A stretch of 64,000 nucleotides of DNA from the human T2T-CHM13v2.0 reference genome, Homo sapiens. Below are positions 31,839 to 48,153 of the stretch, in pieces (within the stretch, counting starts at the first letter, position 1; every line of letters starts with the position of its first letter). The stretch is from assembly GCF_009914755.1 (NCBI RefSeq), contig NC_060934.1. One strand, given 5' to 3'. The notes below the pieces were generated by a model. That model was given only the letters and a program-made list of their open reading frames with translations, had not been told where the DNA came from and ran no database searches. The position numbers were made by a program, and so were the translations under genes.

Positions 31839-33001
31839 AAAATTAAAAACAGAAAGTACTATATTCCTAAAAGGAAGTGTTGCTTTCATTTTTGTCTGGG
31901 GGTGGAGGGAATCATTCCTGGCCCATCTTTTTAGAGCGCGTTGCCAGAAAAAAGTAAGATTTCAATGAAGGGTAGCTCTTTCCTGAGAGAGTGGGATGTG
32001 GGGAAACAGGAATAAGAAAGAAAAAGGAAAATTTTCCTAAGGAATGAAGAAAGTTGCTGAAGAAATGTGGAACAGTAGGGTGAGGAGGGGGAAGAGCCCT
32101 CAGCCCCCATCACACAGCATCTCTGTCACTCCAGCGGCCCAGTACCTTGCATCCAGCCCGCACCCTCGCCGCCCCCACGAAGTTCAGCGAATTCCCGCCA
32201 CTTTCCCTGCAATGAACATACGGAACCCATCAATCCCAGTGCTGGAGGAATGACTGACCTGGAGCCTAAAGATGGTCTTTATAAAAGGCCTAGGTAAATT
32301 TGTTCATTTCATATCCAAGGAAGACCACTCCATAGTTGACTTTGCCTTCTAGTTTTAGAAGATGAGTACCATAAAATTCCACGGGGAAGTGGCTCTGAGG
32401 AAGTGGCTCTGAGGTGCTGCAGAAGAACTGCAGTAACAACTCCTCCCCCTCGTCCCCAATTTTTGTTTGTAAAATGAAGGACTGAACTATGAAAACCTCC
32501 AGGGCTACCTGTGCTCACCCAATCATCCTAATACCTACAGAAACAAATTCAGAGTTCAACAGATTCAGGTTTATTAATCCACTGCCTTGAAGAAGAGCTC
32601 ACGCTCAAGGAACCTTGGAACATCTCACCAAACAAAGGAATGGATGAAATTAACCCAGGGCTTTCTGGGAGGTGTGGAGTTCTGATGACATTTAAATGAA
32701 GCAGTGTTTTTGAGAGGCCCCAGGCAAAGCAGAGCTGCAAATAAAGGCATTAACATCAGGTCTGGACCACCATGGACCCCAGGTTCTGTTTCCGTGAATA
32801 CTACAGTTAAGATAGATGGGAAGTGTTGTCTTCAGAAACCCCTTTTTCCTTCACCTGGCTTGGAAGTCAAGACTGCTTCTCTGTGTCTTAGGTCCTCCAA
32901 GCAAGAGTGGAATGTTTTATTCTTACTGATACAATTTCAAACAACAGTTTGTAATAGTCTATGATTTTTGTGGAATCAGTTTTCTCAGTAAGAAATCAGC
33001 A

Positions 33002-33298
33002 GGCCAGGCATGATGGCTCGTGCTTATAATCCCAGAACTTTGGAAGGGGGATTGCTTGAGGCCAGGAGTTCGAAACCAGCCTGGGCAACATAGAGAGACC
33101 TTGTCTCTACAAAATAATAAAAAAATACAATTAGCCGGGCGTGGTGGTGTGTGCCTGCAGTCCTAGCTACTACAGAGGCTGAGGCAGGAGGATCGCTTGA
33201 GCCTAGGAGCCAAGATTACACTGAGCTATGGTCGTGCCACTACACTCCAGTCTGGGTAACAGAGCCATACCCTGTCTCAAAAAAAAAAAAAAAAAAAA
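33002..33298 (+). mobile_element. Alu (J-like)
   Basis: Diverged Alu with A tail. Confidence 0.9.
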
Positions 33299-33755
33299 GA
33301 AAGAAAGAAATTAGGTCACTCAAAGAAGGAGTTTGTGTGACACTTTATAAATGTAGTATGTCCTTGAGAGAAATACTTTTCTGCTTACCTTTCAGGTGGC
33401 TTTATCTCTGTCTGTTAGTCCAGTCTGATCAATGAAGGTAGAGTCTTACTTTCTCACTCTTTCAGTCCTATTATTCTTTACCTGGTTCCTTCATCATATT
33501 TATATCCTGTCATCCTTATCTTTAATTGCAGAAAAAGTCAGCACTCTCCCTCTCAAAAACTAATTTCTCAGTTGCATTCAAAATTCTTTCCAACTTCGTC
33601 CAATACCAATGGCCACCATCTTCTTCCATCTTTGATTTCTCCCTTTTCTTGGCTTCCCTGAAGAAAAAAGGGAAACAAATACGCTCAGCCAGCCCATCTT
33701 TAAAACAGCAATGAAACCTAACACCTTCATTGGTTCCTGTTGACTAGTAGCCTTC

Positions 33756-34292
33756 TGTCAAAGATAAAACAAGCCAGACGCTAAAGTGGTATTGACAACT
33801 TTTAATGCATAACACACTATTGCAATGGGGAAAATAAGCCAGAGTCAACTGAACTCAACTTTGACTTGTACAGAGGTAACTGGACGTTTTAAAGGGAGCA
33901 CAAAGAAATACAAAGGGGGATGAGCTGGAGCTCAGTAGAGCCCGGGAAGTGAAAAATTGCAAAAAGCAATAAGTGGGGGTTGGTCCACGTGGAACCCATC
34001 TGGGTTTTCTAACTGGTCCTTATAGAGGTTAGGCTCCTGCCCTCCCGCAGAACCTAGGAGACAGGGACCCTATCTTCAGGTATTGGCTGGAACAAACAGT
34101 ATCTTTTCTGTAGTCTTGAATTTTCTCAGGAAACCACTTTAAAGGAGGTTAGGGTCATCCCAGAAATCTGATCTTGAGCTGTTAAACTATGTTCATGTTT
34201 TGTTCAAGTCTTTATAGGCCATGGTTGAGGCCTATTCAAGAAAGGCTCAGAGGAGCCTGGCTAGAGTTTGGTCAAGGGGAGAATCTTTGCCA
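33756..34292 (-). mobile_element. ERV1 solo LTR (MER31/MER67-like)
   Basis: TG...CA termini; 4-bp TSD cttc; minus-strand start tggcaaagattctccccttgaccaaactctagccaggctcctctgagcc. Confidence 0.8.
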
Positions 34293-35238
34293 CTTCTTGC
34301 TGCCATTTATTGGGTGAAATTGACTAGAAGGGACTGTGGTTGCTCAGAGGCAGTTCCATCCGAAGACAGCAGTGGCTACGCAGCTTCTACCACGGGAGAA
34401 TTGTGGGCCCAACACTACCAAGTTTTCCTTTTTCCAGAAAGACATAATCCAGATGTCCTTAAAACTCTCAATTTTTAAGTTAAATTGGCCATCAATTTAA
34501 AAATAATTTAAATAATGCATGAACTAAGTAAAACATCCCTGTGGGCTGGATGTGGCAGGTGGGCCTCCAGTTTGCAACCTTTGAGCAGGACGTTGTGAGG
34601 ACTCTGTCCCCAGCCCTGGCTCTCTTATCTCTGGGCTCACTTCTTCAACAATTGCTGGAGTCTCTTATCTACAACCCTGACGTTTTCATCTGTGTTGACA
34701 TTGTCATCTCTCCAGCTGCTTACAGGCCACCTTGTGTAGAATGCTGTACCATAACCTTAAATTTAGCATTCCAGAAATGAAGCGAATTATCCCCCACTCC
34801 CTGCCAATACTTAATTCATGACTGGTATCAGCATTCTTCTATACTTCCAGGCTAAGAAAGTTCCAATCACCTGTAATTCTACTCTTACCTTTATCCCCTA
34901 TACATGCAAAAGAGAAACATGGTAGTCTGTATTTGAAGCTCCTGAACTTCAACTCTTACCATTCCCCCTATGTTCCTCAACTCAGAAGACCTGAGGATTG
35001 ATTGATCTAGAGCAGTGAGTTTGAAATTCTACTCCATAGAAACAGAGGTTCCAAAGAGGTGACTGAGGAGACGTCATGCGTATGGGCAGGGAAAGGAGGT
35101 AGAAGGAAGGGAGTGAAGCTCTGGAAACCTCTGCTACCAAAGGTACTGGTCAGCTTCTGTTGCCTTTCAACCCCTGCCTGTCCCCTCTTCCTGCACAACA
35201 GATTCTGGAAACTCAGTCTTCATAAAAATAAAAGCCAG

Positions 35239-35548
35239 AGGCTGGGCACAGTGGCTCACGCCTGTAATCCCAGCACTTTGGGAGGCCAAAGCAGGTGGAT
35301 TGTCTGACCTCGGGAGTTCGAGACCAGCCTGGGCAACACAGTGAAACCCCATCTCTACTAAAATACAAAAAAATTAGCTGGGCTTGGCAGCGTGTGCCTG
35401 AAGTCCCAGCTACTCAGGAGGTCGAGGCGGGAGAATTGCTTGAACCCAGGAGGCAGAGGTTGCAGTGAGCCAAGATTGCACCACTGCAGTCTGGCCTAGG
35501 CAACAGAGTGAGACTTCGTCTCATAAACCAATAAATAAATAAATAAAA
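35239..35548 (+). mobile_element. Alu (S)
   Basis: Full length; (AAAT)n tail. Confidence 0.94.
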
Positions 35549-35954
35549 GCCAGAAAGGGAAGTGTCTGCAAGAGCCTTCTGCTTTCAGACCTGACATACA
35601 TACTTTTCCTGGGAAAGAGAGCACAAAAAGCCTGAATGTTATCACAGAACCAGGAAGGAGAAAAATGCTATGGAAAAACAAAATTGTTCTTAAAATTGTC
35701 CTGTCACACTACTAAGAAATAATGGTATCAGGCAATAAGGGTTTAAGAAATATTTTCATGGGGAAACAAAAGATTGATTTTTTTAAAACCTAGTTAATCC
35801 TAGTAATGCTTCCGAACATAGAACAGACTGCCATTATTCAGCATTAGCAGTGAAACAGCAGGTTTCCTTGAGAGCACATTTCGAGACTTATTGGCATAAC
35901 TTTTTCTTATGGAAATGCAAGTGGTGTTTTCACCTATACAGATTAAGAACATTA

Positions 35955-36267
<313 letters not shown>

Positions 36268-36269
36268 AA

Positions 36270-36812
36270 CTCCACTATGGAAGTTAGTCTCTGATGAACT
36301 GTGCCTCCCTGGGTTCACAGATTTGTGCAGCCTCTCTCCTTAAATCTTGCATGGTTGGCCCTATGACTCACTTGCAACCAATATATGTGGCAGAAGTATG
36401 ACACCACATGCTATCTGAGACTAGGTGAGAAGAAGGCTTGCAGCTTCCACCTTAGTTTCTTGGAATACTCTAGGAGCTCTGAACTGCCATCTAGGATGAC
36501 CAACCACCCTGAGACTACCATGCTGGGGAGGCCATATGTGGGCACTAAGCAATGGTCTCAGCTGATCCCAGCCTTCCATCCAGAGACCTGACTTGTGAGT
36601 GAAGCCATCTTGGACTATCCATGCCAGCACACCCACCAGTTGAATACCAGTGAGTAATTTCAATTAACACGCTTGGAGTAGAAGAATCACCCAGCTAAGG
36701 CCTGTCCTAATTCCTGACTCATAAAATCATGAGATATAATAAAATGGTTATTGTTTTCAGCTGCTCCATTTTGAATCATTTGTTACATAGCAGTAGATCC
36801 CTCGAATGATAA
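36270..36812 (+). mobile_element. MaLR LTR (MLT1-type)
   Basis: cagcttccacctt...gtgagtgaagccatcttgga...aaatcatgagatataataaaatgg...atttgttacatagcagtagat. Confidence 0.78.
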
Positions 36813-37727
36813 CCTAAAATTTGGAACTTAAAATGTTTCTCCTGGAAATAATCCTCTAAAAGTGTAATAAATGTATTAGATTGGGCTATATTCTAAATTA
36901 ATTATAAATTAAATGGTTGGAGGGAATCTAAGAACATCACCACTGTTTAAAAATAAATGTACTTATTTATTATAAGTACATTTATAAAAGTATGTTTATT
37001 TTTAACATTATTACTGTAAGAAAATTTGTTTACTATTTCCAGTTGAAATGACCAGAAATGGGCTTTTGGAATAGAAAATTATAGCATTTCTTTTTCAAAT
37101 CTGAATAAGACACACCTGCTCTTTTCTAGCTCCAGGACCCCATCCTGGTCCAAGGCTTCACTACTTCAGGCCGAGGTTACTACGGGAGGTCTCAGCCTCT
37201 TTCCCATTCGAACATTCAGTAACTATAGGTTGAGTTCCCACTATGGTCCAGGTGCTGAGATAGACTATAGGAATACGATAGTGAAAAAGACTAAACAATT
37301 CCTCCCATATCCACTGTTTTGCATGAAATTTTCAGATTAAGTCTCCAAAAGCATTACCTTTATTAAATCATTTCATTACTCAAGAACCTACAACAACGCC
37401 CCTTTTTCCTACTCAAACTAATTCAAATTCCTCTGCTTGGATTCCAAGGCCTTCTTCTAGCACTGACTCCCCATTACATAACTAGGGTTTTCCACTGCTC
37501 CACGACTTACATTCTTAACTCCTGGAAACTGGTCTTTTTCACTGTCCTTCATTATAATTTGCTAATTTCAAAGCCAATCTGATCTCACTGTGTATGTCCC
37601 TCTCCTTTGTGCTTGTCCAAATCCCATCCGTCTTTCCTCAGGTCCCACCTTCTGCAAGTGGTTTGTACCACACAGAATTATTTCAGAGGTCAGAGAGAAA
37701 ACTCCTACATGGTATTTAATACCATAA

Positions 37728-38177
37728 TTTATTTATTTATTTATTTATTTTTAATTTTTTTTTTTGAGATGGAGTCTTGTTCTGTCGTCCAGGCCGGAGT
37801 GCTGTGGCGCTATCTTGGCTCACTGCAACCTCCACTCCTAAGTTCAGGTGATTCTCCTGTCTCAGCCTCCTGAGTAGCTGGGACTGCAGGCGCCTGCCAC
37901 CACGCCCGGCTAATTTTTGTATTTTTAGCAGAGACGAGATTTCACCATGTTGGTCAGGCTGGTCTCAAACTCCTGACCTCAGGTGATCCACCCACCTCAG
38001 CCTCCCAAAATGCTGGGATTACAGGTGTGAGCCACTGCGCCTGGCCTTATTTTTAATTTTTTGAGACGAGGTCTCTTTGTGTTGCCCAGACTGGTCTCAA
38101 ATTCCTGGGCTCAAGCGATCCTCCTGTCTTAGCCTCCCAAGTAGATAGGATTACAGGCACACACTATCACATCCAGC
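37728..38177 (-). mobile_element. Alu (37728-38046) plus adjacent Alu monomer (38050-38177)
   Basis: Antisense Alu sequences. Confidence 0.92.
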
Positions 38178-38914
38178 TTCATTTAACTCTTTAGAACCTA
38201 TATATTTTTTCTATTTTATCAAAGAAACACACTCATAGTTTAAAAAGTGAAAACTACACTACAACCCTGAAAAATAGAAGTTCTGGTTCTGTTCAATCCA
38301 ACCTCCATTTCTGTTCTCCAGGGCAACTACTTTAAATCTTTTAGCAATTTCTTCTAGTATTTATCTCCATGTTTCTAAATAACATGATTTTATTGCTGCT
38401 TCTTGACTTATGAATTATTATTATTAAATGAGGTTATAGCTCCTTTACACTAGCCTCCATCTGAATCAACGTATTTTCTTCTCTTTATCTTCTCAATATA
38501 TATTTCTATCACTATTTTTAGTTAAATTAATATACAGCATTTACATGCTACATAATATTATTCCCAGCTTAGCCATGTAGTGCACTATAATTACATTGCC
38601 TACCTTGTACAACTTTTTGTGTTTTTCTGGATTTAAAAATTGCCTAACTTTTTCTACCAGTTTACTCTTAACACATTCCAAATAGCCACCAGCAGTATAA
38701 AGCTACTCTTGATATTTTGAAGGTATTGCTCCTTTTGTTAAGTCTGATTCTGAGTCCTAATCATTTGTATGTGATCTGAATTTTTCTTCCAGGCAGCTTT
38801 TAGTCTCTTTTTGTCTATATTCCTCTTTTCTTTCCTATTTTCCTTTTCTTTGTTTTCTTGTTCTCCTTTTGGAGATATTCTCTTAACTTTATTTTCAACT
38901 GTTTTCTATTGGCG

Positions 38915-38915
<1 letters not shown>

Positions 38916-38950
<35 letters not shown>
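38916..38950. repeat. (TG)n microsatellite
   Basis: ~17 TG units. Confidence 0.96.
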
Positions 38951-38953
<3 letters not shown>

Positions 38954-38976
38954 TAGGAGGATAATATCTCTTGGAT

Positions 38977-39277
38977 GGACTGGGCATGATGGCTCACAAC
39001 TGTAATCCCACAACTTTGACAGGCCAAGGCAGGAGGATCACTTCAGCTCAGGAGTTCAAGACCAGCCTGGGCAACATAGCAAGATCCCATCTCTACAAAA
39101 AATACAAAAAAACTAGCTGGGCGTGGTGGTATGCACCTGTAGTCCTACCTACTTGGAGGGCTGAGATGGGAGAATTGCCTGAGCCTGGGGAGGTTAAGAC
39201 TACAGTGAGCTGTGATTGCACGACTGCACTCCAGCCTGGGCAACAGAGAAAGATCCTGTCTGAAACAAACAAAAAAA
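38977..39277 (+). mobile_element. Alu (J-like)
   Basis: Diverged full-length Alu. Confidence 0.9.
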
Positions 39278-39308
39278 TGTCTTCGATGTGCTGATCCCAC
39301 CCTATGGG

Positions 39309-39310
<2 letters not shown>

Positions 39311-39350
<40 letters not shown>
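39311..39350. repeat. (GT)n microsatellite
   Basis: 20 GT units. Confidence 0.96.
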
Positions 39351-39354
<4 letters not shown>

Positions 39355-39369
39355 CTCTCTGGATTTTAA

Positions 39370-39737
<368 letters not shown>

Positions 39738-39953
39738 ATGTTTTATTTTTTATTTAGCTTTTGTTTCCCAAATTTTCTCTGGAATCTGTCACTCATGTCA
39801 GAGGATTTCCTCACATGAGTGGTGGGCGTTGATATTCTAACAACTTGAGTGAGAAACTAAAACATGTTGGAAAACCTTGTGCATGTTGGTAGGGTTTAGA
39901 GATCGATGGGTTTCATCAAGGTGTGATTGGGCAGGAACTAGCCATTTCATTAG

Positions 39954-40280
<327 letters not shown>

Positions 40281-40282
40281 AC

Positions 40283-40925
40283 TGTTAATTGTTTTCTTTG
40301 CTGTACAGAACTTTTTTAGTTTGACATAATCCCATTTATCTAAAAATAGTTTTGCTTTTGTTGCCTATGCTTTTGGGGCCATATCCAAAAAAAACATTGC
40401 CCCTACCAATGTCAGGGAGCTTCCCCCTGTTTTCTTCTAGTAGTTTCATAGTTTTGGGTCTTACATTTAAATCTTTAATCCATTTTTAGTTGGTTTATGA
40501 ATATAGTATGAGATAAGGGTCTAATTTCATTCTTTGGTATGTGGATACTCAGTTATCCCAATACCTTTTATTGAAGAGACTATCTTTTCCCCATTGTGTG
40601 TTCTTGGCACTATTGTCGAAAATCAGTTGGCTATAAATGTGTGGATTTATTTCTGAGCTATTTATTCTGTTCCACCAGTCTATGTGTCTGCTTTTATGCC
40701 AGGACCATGCTGTTTTGGTTACTATAACTTTGTAGTATATTTTGAAGTCAGGTAGTGTGTGTGATGCCTCCAGCTTGGTTCTCTTTGCTCAAGATTACTT
40801 TAAATTCTTTTGTGGTTCCATATGAATTTCTGGATTTTTAAAAATTTCTATTAATATGAAGAATGTCATTGGTATTTTGATAGGGATTGCATTGAATCTA
40901 TAGACCTTTTTCGGTGGTGTAGACC
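40283..40925 (-). mobile_element. L1 ORF2 3' fragment (L1MA/PB-like)
   Basis: tttattgaagagact...tgctgttttggttactata...tgatgcctccagctt...gggattgcattgaatct. Confidence 0.88.
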
Positions 40926-41527
40926 CAATGTGGTTTTATAACATTTCTTTTGAATTGGTTGGTTTCCCTAGAAAGGAGTTCTCTAATATTTTGCCAGGTT
41001 TACATAAGTCTGGCTGCCAGTTTTCTCAGAAGTGATGGGGTTACGCAATCTTAACATTCAGTTTGTAGGTTTTATTTCCCTGTTTTCAGTAGGCGACTCA
41101 CCCCATCTTTGTGTGTGTGATGTCCCTGAGTCCACAGCCTCCCTGGTTCAACTTCTCGAGAGAGTGAGCTTCCTTCTTTCTGTTGTGCTGGGGGAGAGGA
41201 CAATCTTCTGGCATTTTTGGTGGGGGGGAAATTGCATTCCAACAGATCTTTATATACATTTTTAACTAAACCCTCCTATTTTCAGCTCTACCCTGCACCT
41301 CAGCCTCCTGGTGTCTACATTTCCCGAGGCTGTCTGGTGTTCTATATAGAGAATTAACTTACTTATTGACATTCTGCCTGCAAGCTTAGGTTTTTAGCTT
41401 TCTCCAGGCTATTTAGGTAGTTACACATTTCCAACATTTTGTTGAAATCCTGTTTGCTGATAGTCTTCTTTCAAGTTTTCTTTATATCGTGGCTTTAGGC
41501 TTTGGCATTTTGTTTTTTTGGGGTTTT

Positions 41528-41834
41528 TTGGGTTTTTTTTGTTTTTTTGAGACAGAGTCTCATGGTGTCACCCAGGCTGGAGTGCAGTGGAGCGATCTCG
41601 GCTCACCACAACCTCTGCCTCCCAGGCTGAAGCAATTCTCCTCTTTCAGCCTCCCAAGTACGTCGGATTACAGGTATATGCCACCACGCCTGGCTAATTT
41701 TTGTATTTCTAGTAGAGAAGGGTTTCGTTGTGTTGGCCAGACTAGTCTCGAACTCCTGGCATCAAATAATCTGCCCCCCTTGGCCTTCCAAATTGCTGGG
41801 ATTACAGGCTAGGCTTCAGCCACCGCGCTCGGCC
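41528..41834 (-). mobile_element. Alu
   Basis: Antisense Alu. Confidence 0.92.
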
Positions 41835-42384
41835 TGGTATTTCTTTACTAACATTTTAGTGGAGCTTCAGGGGGTTTGAAGAGAAATGTGAATATTCAAC
41901 CTCCCATATTTAATTTGCCACAGTTTGTATCTGGGTCTCCAGTTTAATTATGTTGTCACTCCGAGGATATAAGTTACTTGAGGGCAGTGACTATGGCTCG
42001 TTTCCTTCAACAATGCTTAGCTCAGTGCTCAGGATCTCACAAATGCTAATAAGTCCTCTGTACTGATTGAAATTGGAATTCAACGAGTGCCTATTAATTA
42101 ACATGCTCTGCTCAAAAGTTGGTGGGATAAAATTATGAACAGGTTCCCATTGAAAAAGACCAGGATTCTAGTGGGGGAGTTAGGATAGTAGAAACCATAG
42201 GGATAGGTTCTATAAAAGCAGGGCCATGAGAGCACAAATAATGGATATTTTGGAAAACTTTCCTGACAATTTAAAGTTGATATCAGGGATCACTGCCAAG
42301 ATGTTTAACAAAACTTGCCTCTCTATGCAGAACGTTAGGTTAAACGTACCATTGGTTGACCAGGTGTAGCAGCTTCCCTCATAT

Positions 42385-42740
<356 letters not shown>

Positions 42741-42906
42741 TGATAATTAGTAATTATAAGGAGAATGGACATAATTGAGAAATAAACTGGAGAGTCTCTC
42801 CTATTTATTCATATTTTTACTGTGATTTGACAAGCTAATTTATTCTATTTTTAGAAAACAAGACGTATACATTTTACATTTTTTTCAGACTGTTTTTTCA
42901 GACTCC

Positions 42907-43143
42907 TTTTTCTTTCTTTCTTTCTTTCTTTCTTTTTTTTTTTTTTTGAGGCAAAATCTTGCTCTGTCACCCAGGCTGGAGTGCAGTGGCACGACCTCGG
43001 CTCACTGCAACTTCCACCTCCTGAGTTCAAGCGATTCTCCTGCCTCAGCCTCCTGAGTAGCTCAAACACTTGACCTCAGATGATCCACCCAACTCGGCCT
43101 CCCAAAGTGCTGGGATTATAGGCATGAGCCACAGTGCCCGGCC
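42907..43143 (-). mobile_element. Alu with internal deletion
   Basis: tgagtagct joined directly to caaacacttgacctc. Confidence 0.9.
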
Positions 43144-43288
43144 TACAGAAATTAACATTTGTAAAGCCAAGTCCACACACCTAGAATTAAGCAGACAGAT
43201 TTATAAGAAAACTGGCAGGAATGTTACCACAACCAGTGCATTCACTTAAACCCAATTAATAGAGTAGTAATCTACAATTACATAAAAA

Positions 43289-43597
<309 letters not shown>

Positions 43598-43636
43598 AAA
43601 AATGGTTATCTTTAATTGTATCAAAGAATTTTGCCG

Positions 43637-45477
<1,841 letters not shown>

Positions 45478-46671
45478 TAAATGTGTTTCTTAACATTGAT
45501 GAATCTTTGGAATATTGAACCTGGATGTGTCACAACTGTCCACCCTCTTTTCAGTTCTGCTTATTACTGTCACTCCACAAGTTTAGGAATCAAGACAAAA
45601 GTACTGATTTATATTATATCGATATACCTATTTAGAAAGGTAATATAATTTTCTCTCTTATTTTGGAGGCCTTGAAGTGTTATGTAAAAGTATAGTCTGA
45701 TATTTTATCATAGACATCTTATAGACAAAATTAAAGTAGCCACTTTAAATCAAGATGGTGATGTTTCTCTTATCCTAATCGTGTTCATGTTGTAACATGT
45801 CTATTGCAGTTAAGCCTTTTGCAGGAATGTACTACCTTAATCAGGACAACTGCAGCCTCACCCCTGGGTTTCAGCTGCACAAATACTCAAAGTAATCATT
45901 AAGTTATTTAATAAACAAAATGTATAAACACAATTTTTACAAGGGCTCTGTTCATTTTCAAGATCCTGGAACTTTAAATACATCATTTACGGGTGGTAAT
46001 GGAATAGTACCAGCAGTAAAATAGTGTTATAATAGCTTGCTTGCTAGATGAACCGATTAGGTTCATCAAATCTTTCATTCGCAGCATTAAAATGGGTGTG
46101 ATTGTTGGACATTTCTGAAAGTGATTTGTACTCAGCACATTTGCAGTTAGTAGTTCTAATGCTCCTGAGATAAAGGAGCTGAGTTTACTATTGATGAATG
46201 GGGAAACCATGAAAAGGAAAATGTGTTTCATTCAGATCAATAAAAAAACAAAGATTTTAGGTGGGATGAATCTTTTTGTTTGTTTGTTTTTTGTTTTTTT
46301 TTAGGACGGTTCATTCTGAAGAATCTTTGTTATTAAGTAGTTCTTTCATGGGTCACACTTCATCTTCTTTGAGGCACTCTAAAGAATATTAGGATTTGTG
46401 TCTTAAAATAAAGAGAACAGTTATTATGCTGCATATATGGCTTATCTAAGCAAAGACAACATGCACTCCTGTTTGTGGAAAGCATGCATTTTTGTATTAG
46501 TTGTCTATGTAATACGCAGTCTCTATAATACACAGTGATACAGAGAATATTTGTGAAGTATCCACTTTACTTTCTCTTATACTGGAGGAAAACTAAAGAT
46601 CTGTACAACACTTTTATTCAGCTTATTCTTTTGACTTTTAGGATTATGTAGACTTAAAAAATGTTCGACTA

Positions 46672-48153
46672 ACCCAGGAGGCTCAGCCTGGCCCACCAAG
46701 GAAGATCAGTGCATAGCAACTGCCTCCCTTCACATGGCTCCACCTGGTAACCCCAAGGTCTGGGCTGTTCTAGGTATTGCTCCATGTGCCCCAACAAGCC
46801 CTTATCAAGAGGGCCTGTTTCCCTTAAGAAGCAATCCCAGGAAGTGGCCTTGATCCCTCCGCCTCCCTGAGAGTGGACCCTCATCTCTCCTCGACCTCCA
46901 TTTCATTTCTGGGAATTAGGGCTTAGTTTTGAAACCTTGCAAGGCTGTTTGTACTAATGCCCAAGCCCCCTTACCCCTCTCCCTGCAGGTTACACAGGGG
47001 AGACCTGAGCCTCGGCAGAAGACTCTGCTGCGAAACTTCCGAATCATTCTGCTTGCCAGAATCTTGCCAGTCACCTTCACCAGCTGACTGACCCAAGTTT
47101 AGGACTATTGCTATTGTTTGTTTAAAAACCACATATACAAAACTCTTGTGAATATTATTTTTATGCTGGAGAGGAAGGCACATCTCCCTCTATGGCTCTG
47201 CGCTGGGGCCTACAGTAGTAAAGTTTACTGTCCTTTTTTGCCTCCCCTGGAAATGACAGGCATTACTCTTCTATTGGTTTCCCTTCTCTTTATGGAAAGA
47301 CCAAGCAGGCTCCACTGGCCAACAGGTACGGTATTTGGTCGTCTGAGTTCTCAGTAATTTGGAAAGTTAAGGGGTTGGTTCCTGTGTCACCTTTCAGTTA
47401 GTGTGGGAAAGGAAGACTCCTGTTTTCTGAGATCAGTGCAGTCTCAGGCCTTTGGCAGGGCTCACGGATCAGAGCTGAGACTGGAGGGAGAGGCATTTGG
47501 GGTGGCCTGGGAGGGTGACTGGGGGCAGCAGAACCAAAGAAGGCAAGGTGTTTCCCCTAAGCTGGGTCGTGTGTTCAGGTGTGACGTACAGGATCACCTA
47601 TGCACTGCCCTTGATGATCAAGGTTGGGGCTTAAGTGGATTAGGGAGGCAGGTTCTGGATTCCTTGCCTTTTCAGAGCATGAGGTCAGCTCTGTATGCCT
47701 CCTTTTCCTAGCTGGTATTCTAACTAGAAGCATTTGTCAATTCCTTTGTCTCCCAAATGACAACACACATTCATTTTCCAACCTTCCTAACATCTTAAAT
47801 CTTTCTTCCGGGAGAACTAGAAGATAGAATTTGCTTTGATTCTCTCAGGCACTGTGCACAAGCCAGGTCTTCTGTTTTCTGTTACTGTACCCACATTCTT
47901 GCCTTCTCTATCCAACTGTGAAAGGTGAGGGGAGGCCCCTGTCCCCCTCTCTTAAGGTCCCCAAACCTGGGAGCGCATAGGTACTAAATCAAGCAGTGCA
48001 ATTTGTAATTAACCAGCTGCAGTGTTTACATGTTTCTTAATGTGTCATCTTTTCAATGGCTGTATGTTAAAAGAAGAACATTTGTTTTAATAGTCTCTCG
48101 ATTAAAGGAAGCCCCTGTGGCTTTGGAGGCATTGTGCCCATGATCCACCAAAA
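46672..48153 (+). pseudogene. Retroposed mRNA fragment (5'-truncated, apparently 3'UTR only), ~1.48 kb
   Basis: TSD aaaaaatgttc(g/a)acta at 46656-46671 and 48154-48169; TT|AAAA endonuclease site; ATTAAA at 48101; A10 run at 48150-48159; no long ORF. Confidence 0.85.

Noticed and set aside
46047-46067. Hairpin GATGAACC-gatta-GGTTCATC (and a similar 9-bp stem near 14148-14171)
   Set aside because: Stems of 8-9 bp are expected by chance in 64 kb.
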